From the NCBI GenBank assembly GCA_013239625.1, contig MU056000.1:14970851-15034850 (forward strand): a stretch of DNA of 64,000 nt, given 5' to 3'. The stretch is from Lama guanicoe. Lineage: Eukaryota. The position numbers and the translations under genes were made by a program. Below are positions 24,677 to 37,389 of the stretch, one piece after another. The notes under the pieces are model-generated. The model had not been told where the DNA came from and searched no databases. It was given only the letters and a program-made list of their open reading frames with translations. The stretch's first letter is position 1. Every line of letters starts with the position of its first letter.

Positions 24677-26410
24677 TGTAGCAGAAATTTTGATAAATTG
24701 TTTTCAAAGAATGGATGATAAATCATCATTAGATTATACTGAATGCAAAAAAGGGAAGATTATCATCATAAAAAATGAAAAAATACAGAAAATTGTTGAA
24801 AATGGCAAAGACGTAAATAAGTCAACCTACTTGATGCAGCAAAAATAAGGAACCGTGACAAAGTAGAATAAGAAATTAACAATAAGTAGGAAAGACAAAA
24901 AAACAGTAATTTAATTTATGTGGAATTCAAACTATAGCTATATTATATATAATATATCACCTTTACGTGATGAGCATTGTGTTTTCAAGGGATGGGCTCA
25001 AGCTCAGTAAGTGCATGCACCTTTTCTTCCTGGGTTCTGGAGACATAAATTTTAAAAACAGAAAGAGGAACAAACTATCAACCTTATTGCTGATAGAAAA
25101 TATGAAAGTTTTAGGTCCATATTCAAGGTGACCTTAATGGTATTCAGTACCACGTTTAGGTGACCTTATCTATTCAGTCATTGTGGGTAATGCTTTGGGG
25201 CTTATCTTACCCCAAAATGGAGAGTATTGAAAACATTATAGAACCTGTACCTACTGTGACCAATGCTTTCTCAAGAGGACATAAATTGACACCATGTTGA
25301 GGATGTTCTGTTGTTCTTTCTGAATTTTTCAATTGGATAAAATTTCACCTTTCAAGTACAAAGTAAATAAAGTCATAATAGAGTTTAGTTAGGACAGTAC
25401 TTTGGAAAAATGCATTTGAATTTAAAGCAATAAAGGGAGAAAGACCTTTTATTTTACTCTTATTTTCTTGGTATTCACTTTAACCTTTAAATCTAGCAAG
25501 AATGGGCTGTTTTACACAAAAGAGGACATCAGAAGCCTGTCCAGGCTCCACTTTCAAGAATTTGCTCTCCAGACACCAAAGGCTATGACTTTCAGAGAAA
25601 CTGAGGACCATGGAGGATTTGTATTTTGTTGTCTGAGGTCTCTGAAGTAGTCAGAGCATTGATGAAATCAACTCTAAAACACTCTGAAGCCAGGACTAAA
25701 AGCTCCTCTCCATTGCACATTGTGTGTGTCCTTTGCCAAATAACAATATCAGAGGGTCTGCAACATAGTGAAGTGAGGACATTAAAATAAAATGCATAAA
25801 GCCAGTCCTATGTGTGTACATAACATGGAAATGCCTCAATGCAAACTCCTTCTATAATCAAATTTCTATGCGGTAATTAAAATTTAATTTCCATACTCAC
25901 TGAGCAGGGGGAGTTGGGGGAGAGAAAGAGAGAGACGGAACCAATCTCTAACTCCACAGTAGCTAAATAAATGTTGTCAAAGACAGTAGCCAGAACTTGG
26001 TGGGGTTAGAGAGGAAGCAGGCTGGTTCAATGGTCCATAATTCATATCCTGTGAAATTCGGCTCAAATAGAAAATATATCTGACAAGAAGTTAATTTTGG
26101 GCACTGTGCATTTTCCTCATTGGTGGGAAAAAAATAACTGGTCTAAGCAAACTACGTTTCCTCTTAGTGTTGAGTAGGAGACGTGCCATCTAGCAAAGCT
26201 TTTGGATTGGTATTGTCACCAGTTACTCTTGAGGGACGCTTCTTTACTAGCTTTCATTATCAAAACTTCATAATTTCCGTTTCCTCTCATGCCTTAAGTT
26301 TCGAGGACTTAGAGCGGTTTCACTCTAGGTCCACTTGGTGACTTTCCCTTCACCATCTCTTCAGAAATCACAGTTGAGTCTGTGCCCCCGGAGATGTTTC
26401 CACCGCCTTT

Positions 26411-26801
26411 CTGTGTGTGTGTGTGAAATCTTTATTGAACTGTAATTTACAGTTCACCAATTTAAAGTGTACAGTCCCGTGGTTTTAGTATATTCATGGA
26501 ACTGTGCCAGGATCACCACAATCAGTTCTAGAAACTTTGCATTATCCTCCTTTAAAGCACCGCTTCTCTTGTAGCAGTCATTCTCCATGTCCCCTCGAGC
26601 CTGCCCACCCCTAGTCCTAGGCAACCACTAATCTGCCTTCTGTCTCTATTGATTTGTCTGTTCTGGACGTTTCACATAAAAAAGAATGAAGTACTGATTT
26701 ATGCTACAGTATGGTTGAACCTTGGAAGCATTAGCCTAAGTGAAAGAAGTCAGTCACAAAACAGCCACATATTATGTGATTCCATTTATGTGAACTGTCC
26801 A
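26411..26801 (-). mobile_element. L1MB-type 3' end with 5' inversion (twin priming)
   Basis: About 26430-26680 is the antisense 3' end; 26681-26801 is the adjoining L1 segment in sense orientation. TSD tccaccgccttt (26399-26410) / tccactgccttt (26798-26809). Confidence 0.88.
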
Positions 26802-27599
26802 CTGCCTTTTGTTATAGAATTTCTACATCTGCAAAGCAAAGAAGTTTCTTCTCACATTTATTTCTACTGTGGAATTGCCCTCAGTAGATTCCTGAGCTGA
26901 AGCTGTGATGGATGTTTCTGAAGTTTGAGTCCCAGGATTCGCATAGGTTACTGGACTTGAATAACTTCCTCTTTTTATCTTTTCTTTTTTATCTGATCGA
27001 GACATTTGTTTCTCCAGCATTCACTTACACTTTTGATATTTTGGTGCTTCTCAATATAAAGGTACGAAATCAAATGCTTGTGTTTCTCTTTGAAGTATCT
27101 ATTATTTAAAAAATCTTGTCTAACTTCTTTTTCTTTCTTACTTAATAATTCCACTAACAAAATATTTTTCCATTAGTCTAGCTAGGCTTACACTTAACAG
27201 ACAATTATTTTGCCTGTACCTCTTTAGTATCTTTCATCTACTTGTGCCTTTGTAAGGCTTATTTCTGTAATTCTTCCGACATTACTCAATCCCCAGCCAT
27301 ACATCAGTATGTACACCTGCAGTAACTCTATCTCCTGACCTAATGCTTTAATTATTTTATACCAACCCTCATCTTAAATGTATATAGATTTTTATAACCA
27401 CTTGTTATAGCTTTTACCTGCCTTTAAGAGCAGTTTCCATGTAATAATAAAATCTTTTTTCTCATGTTCTCTTTAATAGCAGTTTAGCATGATACTTTTT
27501 CTTAGTTTGCCATGTATATTTTACTTAAAATGTATCTTTTAAAAATATAAAATAAGTAAAATTTTACTTCCTTACAAGTAAGGATTTCACTTTTGCTCT

Positions 27600-28120
27600 G
27601 TGACAGGTGAAAATTAGATGCTTTGCAATTGAAAAGCATCTCATGTCATTCTGCCCACTGGTATTTAAAGGATACACAAGGACTCTTTGATACAATAAAG
27701 TTTTGCTTCAACTGAGCGTGTTTAGGAGAAGTTGGGCCTGAATAAAAAGTTGTGACAGGCTGTACCCTGAGATCCTTTCTGCCGTTGGGGACATTTGCCT
27801 TGCTAAGATCCCTCGGGTCTTTGAGCCTTAATTTATGTTTCTGCCTCTCTATAAAGAGATAATCATTTGTAGACAAATCTTCTTTGATCTGTAATGAGCC
27901 ACCAAGATCAAAACACCCTGTAGTCAGATTAAAGACCTTCACTCTAGTACTGAAAAAAAAATCACAAACGTAAGAACTCTTAGTCTAAAACAAGCTTCTC
28001 AGAACACCTAAGGAAAAAAATATATATATCTGTCAAAAAATAAGGTGCTAACATCGATACCATTCTTCAGTCTCCAGCAAATTCTCCCCATATAAATGTT
28101 GTGCTTTCCTGAATTCTGTT
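27600..28120. mobile_element. Probable ERV-derived (internal/LTR) remnant, unclassified
   Basis: Composition shift and ERV1-internal-like phrases (acatttgccttgctaagatccctcgggtctttgagccttaa; aataaagttttgc). No clear termini. Confidence 0.35.
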
Positions 28121-28519
28121 TTTGTTTTTTTTTCTTATTATTATTCTTAGTCCTGTTGTGGAGGACACTCAGGATGTCCAGCTGTTAGCACCCATCTTCC
28201 CTACACAATCTGAAATATAAAACTGCAGAGTCATAGGTGAGGTTAGAAACATCAGTTTGATACTCAGAGCACAGTGCAGAACTTCCCCTGCAACACTTCT
28301 CTTCTGCTCGGACCTGATGCACTCAGATCTCCTGAAGGAACAGAGTAAATTCTGTCCCCTGTTATTTTTCCCCAAATTTAATTAAGTAAGTTACTCTACT
28401 TTTCTAGGTTAAGAATAGAAAAAGGTGGGTGTGGAAGGAGGCCCAGAATGTGTTTGAAGAATAAATTTCTTTTTAGAGAAATCATGAATAGAAAAAAGAA
28501 AAAAAAAAGTCTGGCAAAA

Positions 28520-29150
28520 AAATGCCATGTAAATAGCAAGGAAAAAAGAGCATAAGTTAGTGCATAATACCATAGACTGATACAACAGTTAATATAAAAT
28601 GTGGAAATGTTGGCAGAGTCAAATAATGTAAATTATTAATAAGTATGTCAGAAAATTGAGTCGACTAGGCACTCTAGTTGAAGCATAAACTGTGATCTCT
28701 CTGGAAAGCAGTATGACAGTAATGAATGAATTTCTGTCTGTATCTACCTTAAAACCCAGATATTCTATTCTTGTGTATTCACTCTGGAGAAACTTACACT
28801 CTGGCCCATTTTTATATTATGTACAAGGATAGCAGAGAAAATTGGCTTATAAGAACAAACGAATGGCAGGTGTATATCCTAGAATTATACAGCACTTATA
28901 AAACATAAGCTAGAGGTGCATACAGGACCACACACTTTTTAAATGTAATTCTCGATGAAATATGAAAGAGACAGGACTTATAGAACCATATAATTTATGT
29001 TTATTAGGGCACAGAAACACTCAAAACAATGCTGTTTATTTTATGAGGACACATACATATTCAATAATATCTCAAACAGTAGTATGAAGGCCAAGCAGAA
29101 CAAAGAAAACAGAAAAGGACTCTTACAGTGATCTGTAAAAGTAATTTGCC
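28520..29150 (+). mobile_element. L1ME-type ORF2 end / 3' UTR remnant
   Basis: ctctggaaagcagtatgacagta; acccagatattctattcttgtgtattcactctggagaaactt; accatataatttatgtt. Confidence 0.6.
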
Positions 29151-29219
29151 ACGAATCAGAAGAGTAATCATTGATCTTCACCAGAGTTTGCCCACAAATA
29201 AATTGTAAACAATAACAAA

Positions 29220-29930
29220 AGACAAGAGAACACTCAAGAGAAAAACATGCAAGTAATAAATTCAGGAAAATCACAATAGAAATCCAATGCCAAGGACTCT
29301 ATTAAGAAATTCTCAAAAATCACTAGTCATTGGAACAATGCAAATAAAAACAATAAGATATCAAGCTTTACCATTCCATTTAGTAAAATAATTTAAAGAT
29401 ATTAAAGTAATACATGTTGGCAAAAATATCTGTAAAATAAGTGGTGTTCTTCTTTGCTTGTGGAAGTGTAAACCATAATACATATATTACAAAAGTGTAA
29501 GCCAAAAATAATGGAAAAATTAACAGGCAATTCTGTTACTAATTCATGTCATATACACATGCATCAGGCATAGAAAGTTTAAGAATACTCATTGTAATTT
29601 TGATTAGAATAGTGAATAATAAGAAAAAAATAGAAGTTCATCAATATGTACAATTAAATAATACAAGTATAATTTCTATTTAGTAGTAGTTAAAAATGAA
29701 TCCCACAGATATATATGTATTTATACAGAAAATTTCATAAACTCAGCAATTTTTTTATTTTATTAAAAACAACATATCATCATACGTTCATATATATGTA
29801 AATATATGTAAAGTTGTCGAGAAGGATGACCATCATACTAGGAAAAAAATGTTATATCCAGCAAGGGGAATCGGATTGAATTTGTATAAATAGGACTAAA
29901 TAAAATACATTTAAACACATGTTGAATTAA
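29220..29930 (+). mobile_element. Second L1ME-type ORF2 end / 3' UTR remnant
   Basis: tcactagtcattggaacaatgcaaataaaaacaataagatatca; taatacatgttggcaaaaat; gcttgtggaagtgtaaac. Confidence 0.65.
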
Positions 29931-30156
29931 AAAATAACAAGAACCAAAATACAATACAACTAAGATGAATTAAATAAATAGGGAGACAGATTTAATGTCT
30001 TTTTGTTTTATTGATTTAACTGTAATGAATCTAGTAACAATACTTTCTTATGGCTATCCCAGAGCTCATCTGTAATGTGTATGTCCATATTGTCCTTGAA
30101 GGACTTCCTGTGCTCAGGCAAGGATACTCATTACTCTAACCCATCCATTTACCTGG

Positions 30157-30512
30157 TGCATTGGTTGGGATAGGCTGGGTTATGCCAGTATAATAAACAG
30201 CTTCCAAATCTGTTTGGCTTAGAAAACGAAAGTGTATTTCTCACCTATCCAATCATCTACCCCAAGTCAGTTGCATCTTGTCTTCCCTTAAGAACCCATG
30301 CTCATGGGACTGCCGAACTACAGAGAAAATAAGACAAACTGCTCTGACTCTCAAAGTTTCTGTTCAGAAATGTCATGTTTCTGCCCACAGTTAATTGGCT
30401 AAAGTAAGTTACATGACAATCATGAAACTACTGGAGTAGGGAAGAGCAGTGAATAATTTTTCATGGTAGAACCACCTAACGGTTGGTTTATAAAAGGAGT
30501 CTGTACTATACA
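30157..30512 (-). mobile_element. MLT1K/L-type MaLR LTR
   Basis: gggataggctgggttatgccagtataataaacagcttccaaatctgtttggctta...gtttctgcccacagttaattggctaaagtaagttacatgac. Confidence 0.7.
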
Positions 30513-30796
30513 AAATAGAGTTCTAAAATTGGATTCACTTAATTCAGCACTTAAAAACATTTGAAACCAGCTGTAAAATGCCATGTTAACATGTATTATA
30601 GCAGTTTAACATGAGAGTGACTTGCTGTGTGAGCCAGAAGCAACAGCATTTGCAGCTTGTGATGACAATGCTTCTTGGTGACTGACGGCATCAAAGCTGG
30701 AAGGGTGGTGAAATCTGACCATTCACTATAGGTCTTGGAAAGATTGCTCATTCTTTTATTTTCTGTGTGTTATGAAGGGTTCTGGATAATGGATAC

Positions 30797-31652
30797 TGTC
30801 AAAGACAAACACAGCTGGACATTAGCTAAAGGGGTATAAGCAGATTTTATTCATATTGACAGTAGGGGAAAGAGCTGAGCTCCACTGCGATTTGTGCAGA
30901 GTAGATTGATGAGAGCGAAGAAGAGTGAAATGGTGGTTTTCAGGACTTACCTGGAGAGTGAGGGAACTGGGGAGATGTTAAAAGATACAAACTTACAATT
31001 AGTAGATGAATAAGCTCTCCAGATCTGATGTACAAAATAGTGATTACAGTCAACAATATTGTGCTATATACTTCAAAATTGCTAAGAGACTAGATCTTAA
31101 ATGTTCTTCCTATGAAAATATAAATGACAATTATGTGATATAATAGACATATTAGCTAACTGTACAGTGGTAATCATATTGCTATATGTAAAGTGTATCA
31201 AATCAACAGGTTGTACAACTTAAACTTACACAATGTTACATTATAGCACTAATTATAGCACTGACTAATTGAGAATGAGGCAGTGGGTGGGAGACAGCAA
31301 GACCTTGAACAGAATCTGGAAAGGGAAAAAATTACAAAAAGCAGCAAGGAGGGCTTGGTCCATGTGAAACCCACCTGGGTTTGGTAATTGTCGCTTACTG
31401 AAGTCAGTTCACACCCATCAGGACTGGGAGACAGAGGTCCTTATCGTCAGATGTTGGCTGCAACAAGCAGTACATTATTTTGGCAGCCTTTAATCTTCTC
31501 AGGCAGCCTAGTGTCTTCCTAGGGATACAAACGTGAGCCGGTAGAAACTAGGTTAGAGTTTGTTTACATCTTTATAAGCCACGCTGAGACCTAGTCAAGA
31601 TGAGGGCTGCGAGAAGCTTGCCTAGATTTTGATCAAGAAAAGAATGCTTGCA
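30797..31652 (-). mobile_element. MER31-like ERV1 LTR, split by an L1 fragment
   Basis: tgtcaaagacaaacacagctggacattag...; aaaaattacaaaaag...ggtccatgtgaaacccacctgggtttg...gactgggagacagagg...ttttggcagcctt...ctagggat...agaaactaggttag...gcctagattttgatcaagaaaagaat. Confidence 0.82.
30915..31245 (+). mobile_element. L1MA9-like 3' end inside the MER31-like LTR
   Basis: gagtgaaatggtggttttcagg...gatacaaacttacaattag...ttgctaagagactagatcttaaatgttct...atcaaatcaacaggttgtacaacttaaacttacacaatgtta. Confidence 0.85.
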
Positions 31653-34199
31653 AATTCCTGTATATGGGAAGTTTTCTGCTGCATCCTAGGAAGAAAAAAA
31701 AAAACATTTTTATACTTTTTCACTCATAAAGTAAGTTTACCTTATTACAAGAGTAAATCAGAATCATGTAATTATAAGGATATAATCCTATATAACCTGT
31801 TTATCATATTTCTCTCTAATTTTCTAATAGGGTATAAAGTTCTTTGAGAAAGATTTTTCCCTTTTTGTAGCCGTCTGAGATTATTTATATTATTCATTTT
31901 TTTGCCTCATTAGTTAATCCCAATTGATAGATAACAATCCTTAGTTCTTGAATGATCACCCTATTATATGCACATTACTTTTTTCATTGTAATTTATTTG
32001 GTTAATTGGCTAATGTCATGATTTGTGCCATTACTAACAAAAACTGGCTGAAGATAGGACCTTAATACCTTAAATCATTAAAGAAAAATTGAATCATCTA
32101 CATTTGCCAAAATAGTTAGAAGAATATAAATCTTTAGTATGGAAAGGTCCTTGAAATCAGTTGGTCTATGAGCATTCCTAAAAACAAAACAAAGCAAAAC
32201 AATCAAACAAGTACAAATCAACTATAAAAAAAATTCCCTTTTATGTTTACATTTGGTCCCATGGTTCTAAGGCACTGGAGATTGATGGCACAGTTGTATC
32301 ATACAAGGAAAACTGACAAACCCTTAACTGCTCGGTCAAGTGTCAGCTGTTCCAGGGGAAGAAAGTCTGCTTCACCTCTCCACAATAATTATTTCCTGTA
32401 AATAGAGTTTTCAGAAAATAGCTTCAGAAATATATGCAACCTGTGTGTTCCTCTGTGACCATTTTAACCTCTTCTTTCCTCGGGTGATTAAGGGTGAGCA
32501 TTGCACACATTATGCGGTGGCCCTTTTCCTGAGTTCACCCTCAACATGTTCAGGAGCATTCCAAATTAAATACACTTTCCATTCAGTGAAAAGTAGAAAA
32601 AGAACTATACTAAAATCAACTCATTATATGGTTCACACTTTAAACAAGGTTTGGAATGGCTTTTTAACCCTGGATACCCTTAGAGGATAGAAAATCCAAA
32701 ATGCAGCATATACTTTAGTCCCATTACCTTAGAAGACAGAGCTCGTGAACCTCTTTTAGCAGGCAGAAATGTCTTCACGTTCAAATAGTCCCATGAGTCC
32801 CATATTAGACAGAACTGCATCTGCAAAAGGACTGTTGGCCACATCTCCTGAAATTACATTTCACCCTGTAAAATACATTCTACCTAATCTGGATGACACT
32901 CATCGTGAGAGAAAAACGAACTAGGATGATAATTCCTGCCGAGGCCAAGGTCACTCTAACCATCCCCTTTTCCTTTACTTCATTCTCCTTACTTTCTGGT
33001 ACTTTCTCTAGCACTTCTTCAGACTTACTCATGCTGGGCCCAGGTCTGAGCCACACAACTATGGCTTACAGACACAGATGGCATTAAGGGAGAAAGACAT
33101 TCCTCACCCAAGTGTGTGTGTGTATGTGTGTGCTCACGCCCATGCACACAGGCCAATCAGAAGTGCTCAGTTTTGTGGTAATTTTGAGATAGAAAATTAA
33201 CTTTGTCCTTCTTTTCCTTCCTTCCAAATTGAAAAATTGACACAGCCAAATGAAGAGGTATGAACAGGACCTGGGTTAATATTGGTGAACTGATAAACTT
33301 GATAGCATAGTATAGTTTATCCCCAAAGCGAATATGGAGTTTCTTTACTTTCTAGACTTGAATCAAGATCTTGCGAGACACCAGAGGGAAAGACATTGAC
33401 GCAACTAATTTCATGGATGTCTGTGATTTGTTTTATAAACCCATGTGTCAGCAGAATAGAAAGCACTGAAAGAAGATAATAAATAGGTCTAGATGTCCAT
33501 GTGTATCCACCGGTTCTACCCTTTATTTTGGTTGGTTTGCTCCTTTCCTGGGCACTCAGAATTGTAAGGGTCAGTAGAAGCAAGCTTCCTTCCCAAAAGT
33601 ATTCTGGCGAGACTGAATTATCACAATCATTTTCTGTGTTACAGACTATATTTTAAAGGGTTTTGTAATGGATGTTCTTGCTAAATATATCTTAAAATAT
33701 GTAGAAGCTAATTTAAATGAATAATTTCCAAAAGCATAACAAAATACATTAAGGACTATATTTGGTAATGGGAACAGCATTAGGTAGAGAAATCTTGATT
33801 ATCATTGTGAAATATACTTAGACAGGAACACTGTTAATGGTTACACGAATGAAAAATATAGGGAAGCTTTTAATTTTAAAGTAGTAAAACCAGTTTTAAA
33901 AAATGTAAAATATAATATTTTTGTAAATGTTTTTGCTTAGGAACCACATCTAATCACACATCATGTTTTATTATGTATTTGTTATTATTCACTTATTATT
34001 CCCTTGAGATTGTAATCAAGGGACGCAAAACATTTATCACAACTAAGTATACCTTGCATATTTGTTAGTTTTTTTTTAACCAGCATATGGTTTTTAGTTA
34101 GCATGCAAATGATTTTTTATAACTTAAACTTTCCATGTATTTGCCAAGCATTTATCATTTCATTATAAAAATTGCAGGAATTCAAGATATTAGTCGTTA

Positions 34200-34890
34200 A
34201 TTCAGTCTTCCATCAAATAAAGGAATGATTTCTTCAGCTTTCTAGATGTATTATTCCTTTTTTTTTCGTCTCTTATTCTCACCTTGATGCCCTGTATCAT
34301 TTCCCAAGCATCAGTCAGTCACATGCATGTCTAAGTAGGCCTGTATTGTCATGACACATACTGCTCCACTTAGATTCTTTCTACTCTATCTTCCATCAGA
34401 CGCACAATGCCCTTTCATTGCATCATGTCACAAAAAGTTAGGGTTATTTGTTTGGGTTTGTTTCCCCAGTAATAACAAACAGGTGGAACTTGAAATTTAT
34501 GTTAGTTATGTTTATTTGACATGTTACATATTAGTGGATAGACTTTTAAAAGATATTCATGTATTATTGTACCATCTTCTCTAATATTTCTCCCTGACAT
34601 ACTGAATATTTCCATCTTCATTATAAATTACATATTCTTTATTTTATTATTATTTTTGAGATCTTTGTCTTCTCTGAAAATTTTCCCTTCCACTCTAAGT
34701 TTTGTTCTTATTAATCTCACCTTCATTCGCTCAGACTTTCTTATTTCCTTAAAATTCCTTAAAAGTATATACATGTAGAACTTCCTTCTTTCTCTATAAA
34801 ACTCAAGTAAATGTTCCTCTTTGTTTTGGGGGCACATAACAGCTAATTCTAATTTAGGAAATCTTTCCTGTAAGTGTATACACATCCCTT
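34200..34890 (-). mobile_element. Possible HAL1/L1M ORF1-like remnant
   Basis: T-rich antisense text. The ORF-track peptide 34628-34885 is K/E/R-rich and coiled-coil-like, but very diverged. Confidence 0.3.
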
Positions 34891-35438
34891 TAAATTATCT
34901 GCTTTTCCACTGTTTAAAAGAAAAGAAAAGAAAACCCAAAAAACCTACTTTAAACAGGAGAGATGAGCACATGGAGAAAACTGGCAGGGATGGAATTCAT
35001 CATAATTGTGAAAAGCCATGTTCTCTGGCCAAAAATGTTTATGAATGGGCAGGTATAAGGAAGAAGTTTGGGGTCCACTGGGGCCATTTACTAAGGCTCT
35101 CCAAATTCTGGGGCACTTTTCATGCTTCTGCTGAGTAGATCAGATTATGATTTGAATCTGTCAATGGAAAATCTCATGTAAACATGCCTCTTTCATACAG
35201 CTGATGTGCAGTGTTCGTACGAAAGGCAACAGTATGTGTGCGATACCCTCAACACATATAAATATAGTCATAAAACACCTTTTTATAGTAATTGACAATC
35301 TATATTTCCTCTCATCATCTTCCATCTACTCCACAGCCCAAATTCCAATTCCGTAGGTAGATTTATTTCTTGCATTTATTGTCTTAGAGATTGCATCCCA
35401 ACGTGTGGATTTATGTATTATCTGTATGCTGATGACTT

Positions 35439-35988
35439 TTGGAATGTAATAAATCACTGAAAATATTCTGTTTAAAAAATAATTTATTATCTCTCAAGGG
35501 TCAGGCTGGCTGACTGGACTCAGCTAAACAGTTGTCTTTCAGAATCTTTAATGCAGGTGCAGTGAGCTGCCTGTAGGACTGCTTGGTGTCATCTGAAGGC
35601 TTAATTAAGCTTTTCCTCCAAAATGTCTTTTTCATTCATATGTTTGGAGTCTGGGCTGGTATGGATGGGCCAACTAGGGGCTATACAGACATTTCTTTCT
35701 CTCCACGTGGCAACCTTGCACTTCACAACATAACAATCTCAAGTTTGTCGAACTTCTTATATGGCAACTGGCTTCCTCCAGAGCAAATGTTACAACAAAC
35801 CCAAGTGGAAGCTGTAAGACTCTTCATCTAGGCTTGCAAGGCATACGCCACCACTTTGGCCACATCCAACTGATTATTAATGAGTCACAGATCAGCCCAG
35901 ATTCAAGAGAAGGAGACTAACCAAGAGCATAAACACAGGCAGATGTGGTTCATGGAATGGCAGACATCTTGGGGAATTAGCCACTGCA
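35439..35988 (-). mobile_element. MLT1G-type MaLR LTR
   Basis: tttattatctctcaag...ggactcagct...gtcatctgaaggctt...cttcttatatggcaactggcttcctccagagcaaatgtt...gtggaagctgtaag...cagcccagattcaagagaagga...tagccactgca. Confidence 0.8.
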
Positions 35989-36019
35989 AACTTCAAATGA
36001 TATCTCCTTCCTTACTCAT

Positions 36020-36346
36020 TGATGTGAACTGAAGTATGTCTCCTCAAAAGTCATATATTAAATCTGTAGCCCCCAGTGTAATGTTATTTGGAGATGGAGC
36101 CTTTGGGAGAGAATTAGGCTATGAATTTGCATAGGATTGTAAGCGTAGACAAAAGGGAAATCTCTCTCTGCCCCGTGGGACACAGCGAGAAAGCTGCCAA
36201 AGTGAGGAAAGGGCTTTCACCGAGAAGTGAATGGTTGGCCCCTTGACCTTGGACATCTAGCCTCCAGGACCGTGAGAAATGCATTCCTGTTGTTTGAGAC
36301 ATCCAGCCTGTTTTGTTTTGTTACAGTAGGCTGAGCTAGGTAAGAT
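36020..36346 (+). mobile_element. MLT1A/A0-type MaLR LTR
   Basis: gaactgaagtatgtctcctcaaaagtcatatatt...atttggagatggagcctttggg...ccttgaccttggacatctagcctccaggaccgtgagaaat...ttgttacagtaggctgagct. Confidence 0.85.
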
Positions 36347-37389
36347 GCTTATAAACTCTGTTCTCACTCATCAGCTATTTACCTACAATGAATGTCTCAT
36401 AAAGATTTTAAATTCAGTATGCTCCAGTGTCAATTCCTGGTGTTTCCTCCAACTTATTTCTGTCTATAGTCGTCTTCACTTCAGTGACAGCAGCTCCTTT
36501 AATCTTCTAGTCATTTGATCTCAGAATCTTAGAAGCATTTTTAACTTCTCTTCTTCTTTCATAACATTCCATTCAATATTTCAGGAAATCATGTTATCTT
36601 TACCTTCAAAGTATATTACAATCCAACCATGCTTCACCTCTTTCACTCCATCCTGGTGTAAGCATTGAATTTTTAATCATCTCTGGTATGGATTGTTGGC
36701 ACTAGTCTTCTGAATAATTCCATCGTTCCCATCCTTATCCCCTATTGTCTATTCTCAGCACAGCAGCCAGAGCGATCTGAGAACCCACAAGTCAGATCAT
36801 GTCTCTCCAGTGCACCAAGCCCTGAATTAAACAACAAAAAAACAAGTACCCAGAAGGCTCTGGGCAATATAAGCTCCCATTCTCTCTCTGACGTCATCTC
36901 TAGTCTCTGCCTCTGTTCACATCAGCCTCACCGACCTGCTACCTCTTTCTCTCGTACACCATGTCTTTGCACTGGTCTTCCCCTCCATCTGGAAAGTCCC
37001 CTACCCCATATCTGCATGTATACCTCTCTCAAATCCTTCCAGTTTGTGTTTGGGCTTTTTCAAGATAAAACTGACTGGCCTCTTTGAATGTACAAAGCCT
37101 CAGAATTCTTATTCCCTAGTCTGTGGTTTCTGTAATCTGTATTACCTTCTCACATGCTTTACAATTTTCTTTGTTATGTTTATTGTCTCTATCAGACCAC
37201 TGGGATGTACGTCATTAAAGAATCTTTGACTAATATCTTCATTGCTGTGTTCAAATCACCTTGAACAGTACCTAGCATATGGTATGTATTCAATAATGCT
37301 TATTGTAATTTGTGAATGTTTCTCAAATATCCAAGAAGAAACTGTGACCCTCAGCGAGAGTCTACTTATAAGTGTATGTGCATGAGCAT

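Larger units (their letters stand above)
35390..37320 (+). mobile_element. L2 LINE from the RT YADD motif to the 3' end, split by two MaLR LTRs
   Basis: GFMYYLYADD encoded at about 35407-35436. Long L2 3' region 36350-37320 (ctcagcacagcagccagagcgatct...gtcagatcatgtctctcc; cttgaacagtacctagcatatggtatgtattcaataa). Confidence 0.8.

Noticed and set aside
24988..25020. gggatgggctcaagctcagtaagtgcatgca resembling a SINE head
   Set aside because: Too short and gapped, with no B box, tail or TSD.
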